DNA of 64,000 nucleotides from Nitrospirales bacterium (GTDB lineage Bacteria; Nitrospirota; Nitrospiria; Nitrospirales; UBA8639): NCBI GenBank assembly GCA_965203295.1, contig CBDBCZ010000015.1, positions 160,001 to 224,000 of the forward strand, read 5' to 3'. Shown piece by piece: positions 1 to 12,200 of this stretch (position 1 is its first letter; each line of letters starts with the position of its first letter). The notes under the pieces were generated by a model. It saw only the letters and a program-made list of their open reading frames with translations, ran no database searches and was not told where the DNA came from. The position numbers and the translations under genes were made by a program.

Positions 1-121
1 CACAAGATAAGTTGCACATCAGTACGAACATATACATGAAACGTAAAACAATCTCACCAAAATTATGTCTATTCCACAACATGTTCCACAAATCCTAGGC
101 TAGATAGACCCTACTATGAGT

Positions 122-239
122 TAGTCTAGCTAGCTATCCCCAACTTCTACCCACCTAGGGATCGCTTGCAGTATCTCGGCGGTAGAATACTGCAAGCGAT
201 CCCTAGGTGGGTAGAAGTTGGGGATAGCTAGCTAGACTA
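122..239. mobile_element. Palindromic MITE (TAGTCT...AGACTA termini), 9-bp TSD
   Basis: Near-perfect hairpin; ACTATGAGT directly repeated at 113-121 and 240-248. Confidence 0.85.
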
Positions 240-253
240 ACTATGAGTCATAC

Positions 254-350
254 TAGTCTCGGTACCAGCCCACCTATCAAGTCGGAGATCGCTTACAGCG
301 GGATACTGTAAGCGATCTCCGACTTGATAGGTGGGCTGGTACCGAGACTA
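254..350. mobile_element. Palindromic MITE (TAGTCTCG...CGAGACTA), 9-bp TSD
   Basis: Perfect arms around a 7-nt loop; GAGTCATAC repeated at 245-253 and 351-359. Confidence 0.85.
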
Positions 351-499
351 GAGTCATACTGTGAGACTGATATTCTGCTAATGACCTTGTGATGGTCTCA
401 CGTCCTACAACATCAGTACCAGACCACAAACTCCATCATAATGGTCGGCATACTTTTATACATGTAGAACGCTGTTGTGAAATCGAACTTCAAACTCAC

Positions 500-604
500 A
501 ATAATGGTATGTCTCCTAAAGTTGATGTCACTGATAGTGAGATTTTGATGAATTAGTTTAAAGTTCCTATTCGAAGAACTCTGACTCTTCTTCTGCTTGC
601 TCAT
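500..604 (-). CDS. TAF2: TFIID subunit 2 (TAF2), first coding exon; rest of gene lies left of the window
   Basis: MSKQKKSQSSSNRNFKLIHQNLTISDINFRRHTII resembles the TAF2 N-terminus as I recall it (RPYKLTHQVVCINNINFQRKSVV). Exon is 35 codons and ends at a GTGAGT donor. GC box GGGCGGAG at ~659-666 upstream. Confidence 0.75.
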
Positions 605-739
605 TGCTTCCTAGATATAGAGACCACGCTGTACAGCAGACTCAGTTCGATCAAAAGTGGGCGGAGTTTTGCTTTCGGGCAATTATCGCTAGCTAGCCTC
701 GTTCCCATTCCTTCCTAGCCTCGTGCCCAGGCTCTCTGC

Positions 740-780
740 TAGTCTCGTGCGGCGCCCACGGCTAGTTGGGCACGAGACTA
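740..780. mobile_element. 41-bp mini-MITE nested in another TAGCCTCG-type end
   Basis: TAGTCTCGTGC...GCACGAGACTA flanked by GCTCTCTGC/GCTCTCTGG (8/9 TSD); lies within TAGCCTCGTGCCCAGGCTCTCTG starting at ~716. Confidence 0.7.
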
Positions 781-1879
781 GCTCTCTGGGTGACGCTATA
801 AAAGTAAAAAAAAGTACTACCCGCTTATCTCGCAGCTCGCTTAGGAACTAACTAACCAGTTTAGCTGTGAATCTTTGATCACAAGTTTCCAACATTACCG
901 TACACAGCCTATTATTTTTGCATCAGTGCCTGATGGTGTCTTTCCAAGAGTCAATTCTTCCGACAGATTTTTTTTAATGGGGGACCAGTTAGTTCTGCAA
1001 GTTTTGGGCTTAGGACTTAGGGGGACCAACTGATTTTGTTAATAATCTGGTCCTGGGACCATTTTAGGAGGACACCTAAATTTTTTGTGTGTGACAGGAC
1101 ACTAATGGCTCTATAGCTATAGCTAGTTCCTGGCAGCTGCTGTGGAAAATCTAGAATGTTGACGTACACAAGTCTTAAAACCATGTAAGAATGCACAGCA
1201 AAACTTGCAGGACCACACAAGAACTGAACAAGAACTCTAGCTACAAGAATCGATCTTGTTTGAGATTTTTGGAACACATCATGTGAAAATCTTGCCACTA
1301 CATGTATCTTGTAGAATTTCTTCAAAGATCATGCTACCAAGTCTTTTGGGCTGACAAGCTAGGAACTTTTAGGAATCTTGCATGGCTTTGTCAGACCCTT
1401 ATCGAGACCCTTGCTGGATTCCTGCATTTGTCTTACACTTTAGAGCCTTGCATGATTCATGAAGGCAACATGCAAGTTCACTGCTGTATGTTCTTGTTAA
1501 AGTCTTGGCAGACTTAAAAGACTCGCATAGGAATAACAAAAAAGCTATGATTATTAAAACTAGTTACACATAAGAAGAATACACACTACACCTAACTACG
1601 TACCTATGGCAGTCTCATAGTTTGTGCTAGGAGTATCTCTGCATGTGCATTTTGTAATCGTTTCATGTCAGTCTTTACGTTCTATCAGTAAAAACTATGT
1701 CAGTTTTTATGTTCTACCATGACATGCTATAGGAGGAAAAGAAATAGTGAATTAATCATAATTATCACTCTTGTGCCTTTGTACCAATTAATGCATTAAA
1801 TTGGTACATAGGCACAAGAGTGCATAAGAAGTACTCTTCAAGTTGGTATGATGTATACAGCTACTCAAACCTACCTATG

Positions 1880-2760
1880 AGCTGGTCAACTCCAACGGAG
1901 GCTGGAAAAACAAGGCGACATCTCAGCCATGCCATGATGCAACTGTACAATTGATCCCACTTGACAGATAGCAGGGAACCCAATCGTTTGTAAGCGGTGG
2001 TTGCAGCTGTACCAGGCCGCCAGTGAGGGACATGACTATAGGGGGGGGGGGGGGGGGGGGGGTGAAAAAAGCATTTTCAACCTCTCTCACTCGCGTAAGT
2101 GGACCTCTTGAGAACTTCATGACGGCGGTAGACGGACTCCGGTCGGGGATGTTGATTGGAAGGGGTGCGTGGGTTGAATACCCAGGTGTCATAGAAAGAC
2201 CTCTCAAACCTTCCATCCCAGAACCCACTCCGTCTCGCCACTATGTTCAGCCTTGACACTCCTGTTGGAGCTTTTGGCTGTAAGCTGCTCTTCTTTGATG
2301 TAAGGGAGATAGGTTGAGAGATGTTTTAAATTTGGCTGGTAAGGGGCTAAGAGATTTGCTGAGAGGTTGAGTATTCAGTAAGGGTCAGGTTGGTGTGATT
2401 GATCAGAGCTATGCTTCCCAGATGTGCTGGTAGAGCCAGCAAGTCGCATTCTGAATCACTGGGTGAACGTGTTCCTGTTAGGGCTGGGATATAATGGAAT
2501 CTCAGGGTGTCCTTCGGAGGTTAGAAAAGATGGCCGGTAGATGGCATGGTACGGATAAGGAAGGTCCACTTGCTGACCAGACCATGCGTGATAGATGAGA
2601 GTACCTTCAGTTTGTTGTACCATTGTTGTTCACGAACTGAGAGTTATAGAGCTGGGTTCTTTCTTAGGGCTGCACCGAGGTGGGGCCTGCCTTCAGTGGT
2701 GATGTTCACCTGTAAGCCCTGGAAGGACACAGTTGCATTTGGGAGTGGAAGGGTGACTAA
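1880..2760 (-). mobile_element. Decayed CRE-like non-LTR retrotransposon 3' part (RT end plus restriction-like endonuclease)
   Basis: Frameshifted peptides VNITTEGRPHLGAAL, RLNIVARRSGFWDGRFERSFYDTWVFNP..YRRHEVLKR and REVENAFFTP..IVMSLTGG match the RLDI..RGFW..FFDVRVFNP..HE..KK..FTPLV.S.TGG pattern of CRE-type elements. Confidence 0.75.
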
Positions 2761-4279
2761 CGTATAATTTTATGGGCATCAATAAGTGTGCCTCTAGAGT
2801 GTATATATGTGTGTATTGACCTCATAGTCAGTGGAGACTCAGTCAGTGAAGGACAAATGCCTGTATATGCCAGTTATATATAATTTTTTACTCTACATTG
2901 GAATTTGTATGTCATTACCTTGTGCTTTTGTTAATGGTATATCTATGCTGTAGTAAGTATACATGCGATCATGCGTATGCGTGGACGTCAACCAAAGTGC
3001 GCATAGCTTGAAATGATAGTCACTATATCAAGTCCAAGGCATTCACTGCTGTACTACCGGAGAAGTGGGTGAATCTCATTTATTTTTTTACCATAACTCC
3101 TCGCAGAAACTTTAGTTTTCACCCAAGGCTCATAATGCAATACGCTTTGCCCCTCTGTGGCCCCAACTACTTCGTGCCAAACATTAAATTATTTCACTAT
3201 CCGGTACACACACGTAGAATTAGTTTTAATATTATTGTTATGTTTATAATTGTAAACCGCGAAACTACGATTTTTTCACTGAATAGACAGAGACAAAGCC
3301 AATTGCTTAACCTTGCCACCTGCGTGCACGGTAAAATTATAGTCCAGAACTTTGCAGATTTATTGCCCTGCACGCACATGCATGAAGCGACATTAAGCAG
3401 TCAAGTGGTTCTGTCTGTCCATCAGTCTTGAAATATCTTTGTAACAAGGTATCTCCTGGCCTTCTACATGGAAGTGGCCACTTGAATAGATTGCAGAGAA
3501 ATGTTAGATCAGACTCAGTTTACTTAAACTTGTGTTGTATGCGACATCAAGAGGGTAACTGCATGACTACTGTGGTGAATGTGAAGGTTTTTGTGTATGT
3601 TCTTCCCACGAGCTGATTACTTGGCGAGTCTTTGAAGCAATCAAAGTTAGCTGGAATGGTAAAAATATTCAGCCTACTGTACACCCCCTGCTTATCACAA
3701 ACAGTTTCTCCTCTGTGAAAAGCAACTGTCTTCCGAATGACATCACAAAAACACATGCTAGTGTGTATCATGTCCCGGCCTAGCAAGATGTAGGCATGGC
3801 CGTATGAATAACACTGATAATCAAAAAATATAACCACTGCTTTGTGCTCAACAGGTATACATACGTAAGCTACGTAATATACAAAAAAAATTCATCATCA
3901 TTATCCTTGTTAGAATTAGCTGAATCAGAAAATATACATGCAGACTCACAAACAGCATCAATGGAGAGTGTGCTGTTTGGAGTGCCATTCATACCCAGTA
4001 GGCTGGATTGACAGCAGAAGCGCACAGTTGCAATATCAGTCTCTATAGCAGTCAGTATACTCCACTGCAGCAAAACTGTCCACAAACCCTCCTCCATGTG
4101 AAAGCCTTTGGTTTGGCCACACCCTCTGGTGCAGCGACAGTGCAGGTGATGACGAAGAAACTGCATGGAGGACAACGGGTAGGCAAGTGGTGGAAGGCAC
4201 CACAGACAGTATCAGTGCTGGAGCTGTAGGGATTTAAAATATCCTTCATCAGTATTATATACGTAGTGTACTTTCCTCT

Positions 4280-4480
4280 TCTTCTACACGATTTCACTTC
4301 CCACTCCATGTCTAGTAGTCAAAGATTCTAATTCCATATTCCCTCTTACTGCTTTGTTGCACATTTTAGAAGAACAGCCAAGTATCTTTCTATAGCTGAA
4401 TAGATTCCAAGGAAGCTGCCTACATTTTGTTACAATCCCACACTTCACTACCATATTCTAAAGCAGGGCAAAGTACCAAC
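4280..4480 (-). mobile_element. Fragment of the local LINE family (inverted copy)
   Basis: Reverse complement of the GTACTTCGCCCTACTTTAGAATATGGTAGTGAAGTGTGG motif also seen at 6.1, 17.0, 21.3 and 40.7 kb. Confidence 0.6.
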
Positions 4481-5462
4481 AGTAACCTTCTTGCAACACT
4501 GATATTCTTAGTACTTGAAAACTGTGTAAGTGATTAAGTTTCTTCCTTCCACAGTTTATTACAGAAGGTAATAAACTGTGGAAGGAAGAAACTTAATCAT
4601 GGGAGGTAAAGACATTTACAGTTTCTTGGGCATTGAATTTGTTAATAATGGTTCATTGGATAGTCATGTACGTACATGACTATCCAATGAACCATTATTA
4701 ATGTTTTTTTTTATTACTTTTACAGGTCTGGTTTCAGTGGTGCAAATGATACCACAGACACTCAGCCCAAAAATAATCAGGTTGTTTTTACTGACATTAT
4801 ACAAGTGGTTTGACACTAAATGTCGGAAATCTAATTGGAAATACTTTCTAGCAATGATTTCCTTGTTACAGTAATAGAGTCTCCAAGCAATAATGGTGAA
4901 CTCAGGATCGCGAATCTAGTATTCAGTCAACAGCCCCTACTACACATACTGATAATCGCCACTCCCAGCTCCACCTGGTGCTGTGCAAGTGACAACCACC
5001 ACACCCGAGGCTGCCCTAGCTCATTGGGACCCAGAGTGAAGCCAGGAGGAGAAGTGTAGGAAACAGAGACGTCAGCAGTAAGAGCAGTTGAATCTGGGGA
5101 GACAAGGATGGTGTTGGTTTGTTAGCTAACTGGCAGGTCCCAAAATTGGATGCTTTGTTATAGCTGCAAAACATCTACGTAACACAGGATGATTCAGCCA
5201 TATGGTAGACAATACGCCCAGTGTTAATTATTTGTGAGCAGATTCCTCAGGGCCTGGAACAGCATTGCAATCAAGATATTTATAGCTGGTCACACCATTT
5301 TTGTAAGATAGATCATTCTTGTCGTACGTACATGAACAACTCTCCACATCCTACTCCTAGCCCCAATTTCCCATAACTTAAACCATAAGCCACATTACTG
5401 GATGGAAAATATAGGCCAGGGGGCTGAATATGGTTGTACGTAGTATGTCTCTAATTTTCCAT

Positions 5463-5742
5463 TTTTACCCCGTGCATATGTGGCAGGGTTAAGCAATTGG
5501 TTCTGTCCGACTGTCTGTCGTCTGTCTGTCCAATGAAAAAATTACAATCTAGCAATTACTGGGCTTAACAATTGCTAATAAAATCTGACCTGTAAAACAT
5601 GAACGTGTGGGTACTTGATAGTTACTAAAAGCGGTTTCCATTCTCCGCTCTTTCTCATTCAACACGGTAAGGTCCACCATTTTAATAGAATCAAGAACTC
5701 GATTACCACCAAGGGCGGGCATGCATGCGCACGGGTTCTAGA
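5463..5742. mobile_element. Non-autonomous Helentron/HINE-like repeat
   Basis: TTTTACCCCGTGCATATG start, CTGT microsatellite, subterminal inverted repeat ending GCATGCGCACGGGTTCTAG. Confidence 0.45.
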
Positions 5743-5839
5743 CACATGTTTATATTGAAGTGTATGCATAGACTTTTATTTATCAATTGGTTATTAGCTA
5801 AAGCTGGGATTGGCATAACTATATTAATTAATAAGGTCT

Positions 5840-6800
5840 AATGTTTACTGATGAGTTCAACTACTACTGCTAAGGACTTACAAACATAGTACAGGAGTTT
5901 TATAATAAATGGAGGTTGAAGTCTATCATACAAAAGAGAGCTATCATGGTATTTTCTAATTGTTCAGGTACATGTACATGGAAGTGGGGAGATAAAAGGA
6001 TTGCAAGTTAAAGTTACTTGGGCATTAATAATAGTCACAGTACAATCATGTACAGATTCGTGAAGATAATAAATAGTGGTAAGGAAAAACTATAAGTAAT
6101 AGAAAGTTATTGTTAGTTTTTGTACTTCGCCTCACTTTTGAATATGGTAGTGAAGTATGGGCTTGTAATAAATGGCAGACAGGTTCTTTAGAATCTATTC
6201 CGCTATGTAGCTATAGGAGCAGCTAAAAAATACACGCCTGCTCTTCTAAAAATTAATGTGTAACAAAGTAATAAAGGGGTAGAAAAGGCAGGAGGGATAT
6301 GTGCAAACGTAAGTGGTGGTACACTCATTGACAATTGACAAGATGATGACAGACATCTTAGACTATGTAGATTACTACAGTGAGTGGGAAGTGAAACTGT
6401 GTAAAAGTGCAGAGGAAGACCTGGAGGAAAGTAAAGAGTGAATTGTTGCTGCAGTTAAATCTAGTCTAAGACAGCCAAGGGATATTAGCTGAGGATTATT
6501 GAGATAGTAGATGAGGCTTCATTTTGAGGTATAGAGATTCAAATTAATGATGGCTAGAGTAGTAAGTCTGTACGAGTCTTTTTGTAAGGAATTTAAGAAT
6601 TACTAGCAGGGGGTTGGGAATCCAGGAACACGTTTGATGTTTCAAGTTTAGGTCGGGTACTAATAAGGAGTTCTGAATAAGGAGTTAGGGATAAAAATGA
6701 TGATAGGCAGTGTAAGTTATGTGGGATGAATGTGAGAGTGTAGTACATAATGCTCTGGAAGTGTCCTGTGTATAACATTAGAAATACTTTCATGGGAGAA
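5840..6800 (+). mobile_element. Decayed LINE ORF2 3' portion
   Basis: Translates in parts to VLRLTFEYGSEVWACNK and QCKLCG.ECESVVH..LWKCP (C-terminal CCHC-type motif of LINE ORF2), with many stops and frameshifts. Confidence 0.7.
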
Positions 6801-9231
6801 TTGGTAGCTGTCTAGTTAATCTTACATTTACACAGCATCTTCGCAGTGCATGTGCATGTCACATGATGTCTCAACAGCCAATAGCCACACACACAGCACA
6901 ATTGCGGGTAAACTACCTTATACATGCACATTTGTTGTCGTGTAGAAACTGGCGAGGACTCTCTGCAGGAATGATGTTAGTGCATTAACTTCAGTACAGT
7001 AAGACACTACTGCAACAAGAGCTGCTTCTTCACAGCTGAAAACATCAGTCTCAGTTTCCGTGGGAATACTATGGAGTATGTACGTACCACTGCTAAAAAT
7101 AAAAGGGTATTTTAAAAGGGTATTTTAACAATGTTTAATTAGTTACTGGAGTTGCATCTATACCTACTGTGATGATAAGGGAACAAAGTTCTGCTGATTA
7201 TAGTACCTCACATGGCTATCATAGTATGGAGAGATCATGTCACATGTCGAAGGTCTGTAGCAACAATTCAGCAAAACCAACAATTTAGCAAAAACCGTGA
7301 CTTGTGACAGTATCTGTACTACACAGATTATATAGTCATAGTCAGGGAGTACAACTGTGAGAGAATACAATACATTTGACCTATATATGCACTAGATCTA
7401 GAGGGCAAATAGTCACATTGTTTATGGTCTGTTTTGGGAACTACAGTAAGAGTTAAATTCACACAAAGGACTGAGATTGTCCTACGTAAATGACAAAATG
7501 AGTCCAACATACATGTAGATGCAACTTCAGAAACCAAACTGTTGTCATAATAACCGTTTATATATATATAATATAAGCGCTATGGTAGCAACATGACTAA
7601 TTATTATTACTAAAATCAGATATTCTGGTTAAATTTATTCCAGTTTAAATAAAAATTCTGCCATCCAAAATGGGGTGTTTTAGTTCCTTGCAACCTCTTT
7701 GAGTTCAGACTGAACATAATTATTCCAACAGTAGGAAGCATTTTTACTTTGGGCAGGTAGGCAGGGCGTTCCGTAAGAGTACTTGCAAAGCACACCCGCT
7801 AGGGAACTGGGGGCGTGGTCTCCCATGAAATTTTATGCAGATTTTCAGACTAGTACAATCTTGTGGAGAAGTAGCAAGAGTTGGACAACTTGCTGCCAAG
7901 CCTACCCTTTATGCTTGAAGCCTAGCTTTAGAGGCGTCACTCCGCTTCGCTCTCAGACGGCATACGCATTGCAATGTCACCAGAGGATGCATATATATCT
8001 GCCCAACATCATACCTATACCTACACACATGAAATAGATTGAACAGGCTCTTATCTTCCCGCATTGGTAGGGAAGCTGGAGCCAGAACGAGAAAGTGCTC
8101 CTCTGTGCATTTAATGTAAATCCCAACCGATAAATGAATCTCACCAATCGATTAAGAGTCTTCTTAGCATGCAACCTCAACTTTATGTAACACAAACTCT
8201 AGTGTTCTAGTAAAGAGTGGAAGATTGGTGCTCTTCTTATTAATTTGATGTGCATGAATCCACCAATGGTGTGTATTTCTTGTAACTACTTCTGGAGAGC
8301 TCTGTCTAGAACACTATGCTGTCCTGCACTGTATAAGGAACTTCAACAAGTGTGATTACAATGAGTTATGAGTTATGAATCCTGTACATTTGCCTCACTA
8401 GGTAGGACAATTTTGCCTCCCCCCCCCCAACCAAAAAAAAAACAAAAAAAAAAACACGGAAATGAACAGAGTTCGCCAGCATGTAACTCTAAAACACAAC
8501 AAGCTAATGCTAGTACATATACAGTAAATACTAAGTTAAAAAATATTAACTAGAGAACAGAAAACATAGAGAGCAGGAAGTAACATCAGGTAGGAAATGG
8601 TCTATTGGATAACTAATACGTACCATTGCGCATTTTCTATCTAGCAAGTGGAAATTTGGGAAACAAGTTAAAATGAATTGTGTAGAGATTACATACAATC
8701 TTAGGGTGTTCCTCCCTCGCTTATGTGGTAGAGTTGAGATATGAGTTGTCATAGCTTACCCTCACTTTAAGCATAGGTTTGACGTGCACTCCTTTGCATA
8801 TTTCTGCTGTATATAAATCTTTGGCACCAATTTAACTATAATTATCATATTTTCCCTTTTTCTGACACCAAGAATGCAATCGTATACGCTTTATACCTAG
8901 TCCATTTATAGCAGAGTAGTCCTTCTTCTCTACTATCTATGCTTATTCTGTTTAAGAATTATATGATGACTTAGTCCGGAGGTAAATATTCTCTCTGGCC
9001 TCCCTTCAGCATGTATTTACATATCTGTGCTGGCAATTTGATAACTCTCCATGGCTATTAAAATTTTAATCATATGCAAGCAAGATTACAAATCATTCAG
9101 AACCATCAATAAATCATACTCCAAGGGGTAAAAAAAACAACAAAAAATAACAGTCAGTATTAGCAGCAGACTTTTCTAAAGAACTAAACTAACAGCATGA
9201 AGGAAACTAAATACAAGTTCAACAATAGTTT

Positions 9232-12200
9232 TCATGATGATGAAAACCAAGAGAACCACCCTTGTTTACGCCGCTTCTGGTCTGGAACATCTTGGAGCAG
9301 GTCATCCATAAGGGCTTCAAGGTTCATGTGGCGCGATAGCTCACCCTTCTTTACATCGGCCATAATTACTGCCATTTCTCTGGCTTTTTCATAGCACTTG
9401 ACACGCTTTTCCCAGCCAGGAGTTGCTCCATTCGTTTCGGACTTGATCAGAAGGTCGATATACTGCACTTCAGTAAGAGGATTCGGTTTAAGCGCAATCT
9501 GCTCCAAAAGGTCCAAGCATTCTCGTGTCCTGCTGATATCTTTGCACACCTTGTGAAATGTGTCTTCCACCTTCACCTTAATCCCTTTGATCATGTTCTC
9601 CGCTGAAGCCTTGCCTTTTTTAGCATCGTTGTACTCTTTTTCCAGGTCAGCATAATGTTTTGTCACTGGCACCATTACATCCTCATACCGGAATTGATTG
9701 TTGACATGGTGAGGAGTCCAGTAGCAGTGACCGTCACAGATCCGACAATTACCCGCGGAATCCATGGCCCAACACCCACGTTTGTCTTCATCCTTTGGAA
9801 TACCACATGGGAAGTGGCAGGTACGGTTGCATTTCAGACAATTTGTGACATAAGTACCACTGCCAAGTGGTACTTTCTTTCCTACGGTTTGGTTTACCAC
9901 ATATGTGAAATCTTTGTTTGCTTTAATCTTGGCTTCATTCTTTTCCACAACCCTTTTCTCTTGTCGCATTTCATCAATACGAGCCATTCCTCTGCGTATG
10001 TCTTCTTGGATGCCTTGAATGAGTGTTTGTAGTTTTTCACGCTCATCAAGCACAGTTCTTGTTAAACACAGGGATTGTGGTTGAACGCTTCGAAGGTTGT
10101 GAAAGAAGTCACTAAAACTTGTGAAACCCACATCCCAATACATTTCATCGAAACCTTTGCCTGTAGCACTGGTACTAGTGGGTTTGTTGAACAGAGCGGA
10201 GTTGTTGAACTTGAAATATTTCAGGTTTTCGGCCACAAGTGGGATGGACGATTGACACGTCTCGATATGGGTGCTAATAGCACCCATTACAGGAGGATCG
10301 GCACCATCGCAAAAAGTGATCATCATGAAGATATTACTTGCAATATCTTTGCCAAACACAGACAGGATAGAATCAATAATATACTTCTGTGTGGGGGTGA
10401 GTCGTCCGGAGGGTGACTGAGCAACAAACCCAACTCCATCAATGTGGTCAATGCCAGCTGCACCCTTCAAGGAAAAGAAATCCTTGATTTGAGCGGTAAT
10501 TTCTTCATCCCTTTCCATTCCTCTGGTGTCTCCAAAACCTGGGGTGTCTACAACTGTAATCTGACATTGGAGAGGTGACCCTTCAAAGTGAGGAAATGAA
10601 TAGGAAGTAATCGACTGTGTCTGACTGAACGCTTGACTTTGTTCCACTTCATTAGAAATCAACTTGAAGCGAAAATTGTCATTCCACTGCACTCCCAGAA
10701 TGTAGTTAGCCATGCCATTGATCAAGGTGCTCTTACCAGACCCGGTAGCACCAACAACCATCAGGACCTTTTCAGGGTTTTGAGCTGATAGGTGGTGAGA
10801 ATGGCCGACGCAGCATTTGGCAATCCCTTTGCTCTTTTGTCTTGCGATTACAGTCAAAGGTAATTTGTATATCTCAAGACCTTCTGTAGAATGCTCAATA
10901 CGTTGAGACGCTTCCTTGAAAGCAATGGCCAGACGCAGGTGAGGAGATTTTTCGGTTTTGATTGGATCACTTCTTTTGCTATCTGAGCTCACACCGATTT
11001 CACAGTGGGCACGTACTTTGAAATGATATGCGGTCTCAGCGTTTAGGTTATCCAGTGTAGTGGATTCACCATGAATGCTGCTTTGTTCATTCCACTGGTC
11101 AGGACTGTCACTCTCTTGTTGGTAAAGGACAGTATATGACTGGATGTTCTGAGAACCATACTGAGGCTTTGACCAGGTCAATTGAATGCTGTCGTGGGTT
11201 GTAGAGGAAGATTTCGGTGTCCCTGGTTGGCTTGGTGGCTCATATTGCTCTGGTGGTCCACCACTGTAAAGGAGAATGTCTGCCCCCTCTTCTGGACTGT
11301 CACTATCGAGCTCCTCACTGAGATCAGTGACAATGAATTTCATGGCTTCACTTTCTTTGTTTACATTGGCAAACGATTTGAAGGTCCTTGCCTTGGTTTT
11401 AATGTCATTGATGAGTGCCTTGTCCTGATACCAATGCTTTGATATGGACTGTGCGTTCTCATGGCTTGTTTCACTTGTGAGCAGGTAACTGTACATTGCC
11501 TCCAAGAAGGGATTGCAGCTTTTAGCAACCTTGAAGGCGAAACAAAGGACATGCTCGATATCCAGATCTGTGATGATGGCATCCAAGTCTCCAGGGGAGA
11601 ATGCAAACTGGACACCATCACATTGCAGGCCAGTGAGGTATTGCTTTAGCACTTTCTCTTCCTGCTCCTTTCCCTGAAGCCATGAGGACAGGCTATGTTG
11701 ATCGAACACTGTACTATGGTGTTGCTCAAAAACTTCTGCCAGTTTCGTTTCCTCTGCACCACCTCCACGAATATGTGGTAAAATGGTTGACACTCTCTTG
11801 GCAATTCCCGTTTTGTACTCAGAAATCATTTCTGTGAAGTGCGAAAGCTGCTTCTGAATGCCGGAAAAGTTGGTGTACACATCACTCTTCTGTAGGTCAG
11901 TGGCCCGCATTCTTAGCTCTTCCAGGTCTTGAAACAATTTTTGTGTTTGGGTAACCAAGCCAATGCTGATTTCTCGTACTATTTTGGCAGCCCTGCTATC
12001 AAGCTTACAGAGCGGATACAGCCACACTTTCTTGGGAACGACTTTTGGACAATTGTCATCACCCATCATAAGTTGTGGTAGCTGTTTGTAGATTTTCACT
12101 GCCTCTTGGAAGGTTGTGGGATTCTCTGGTAATACAATGTCTCCATGGAACTGGCACTGAAATCTGTTTACCTCACATTTTTCGGTATCATTCATGCCGA

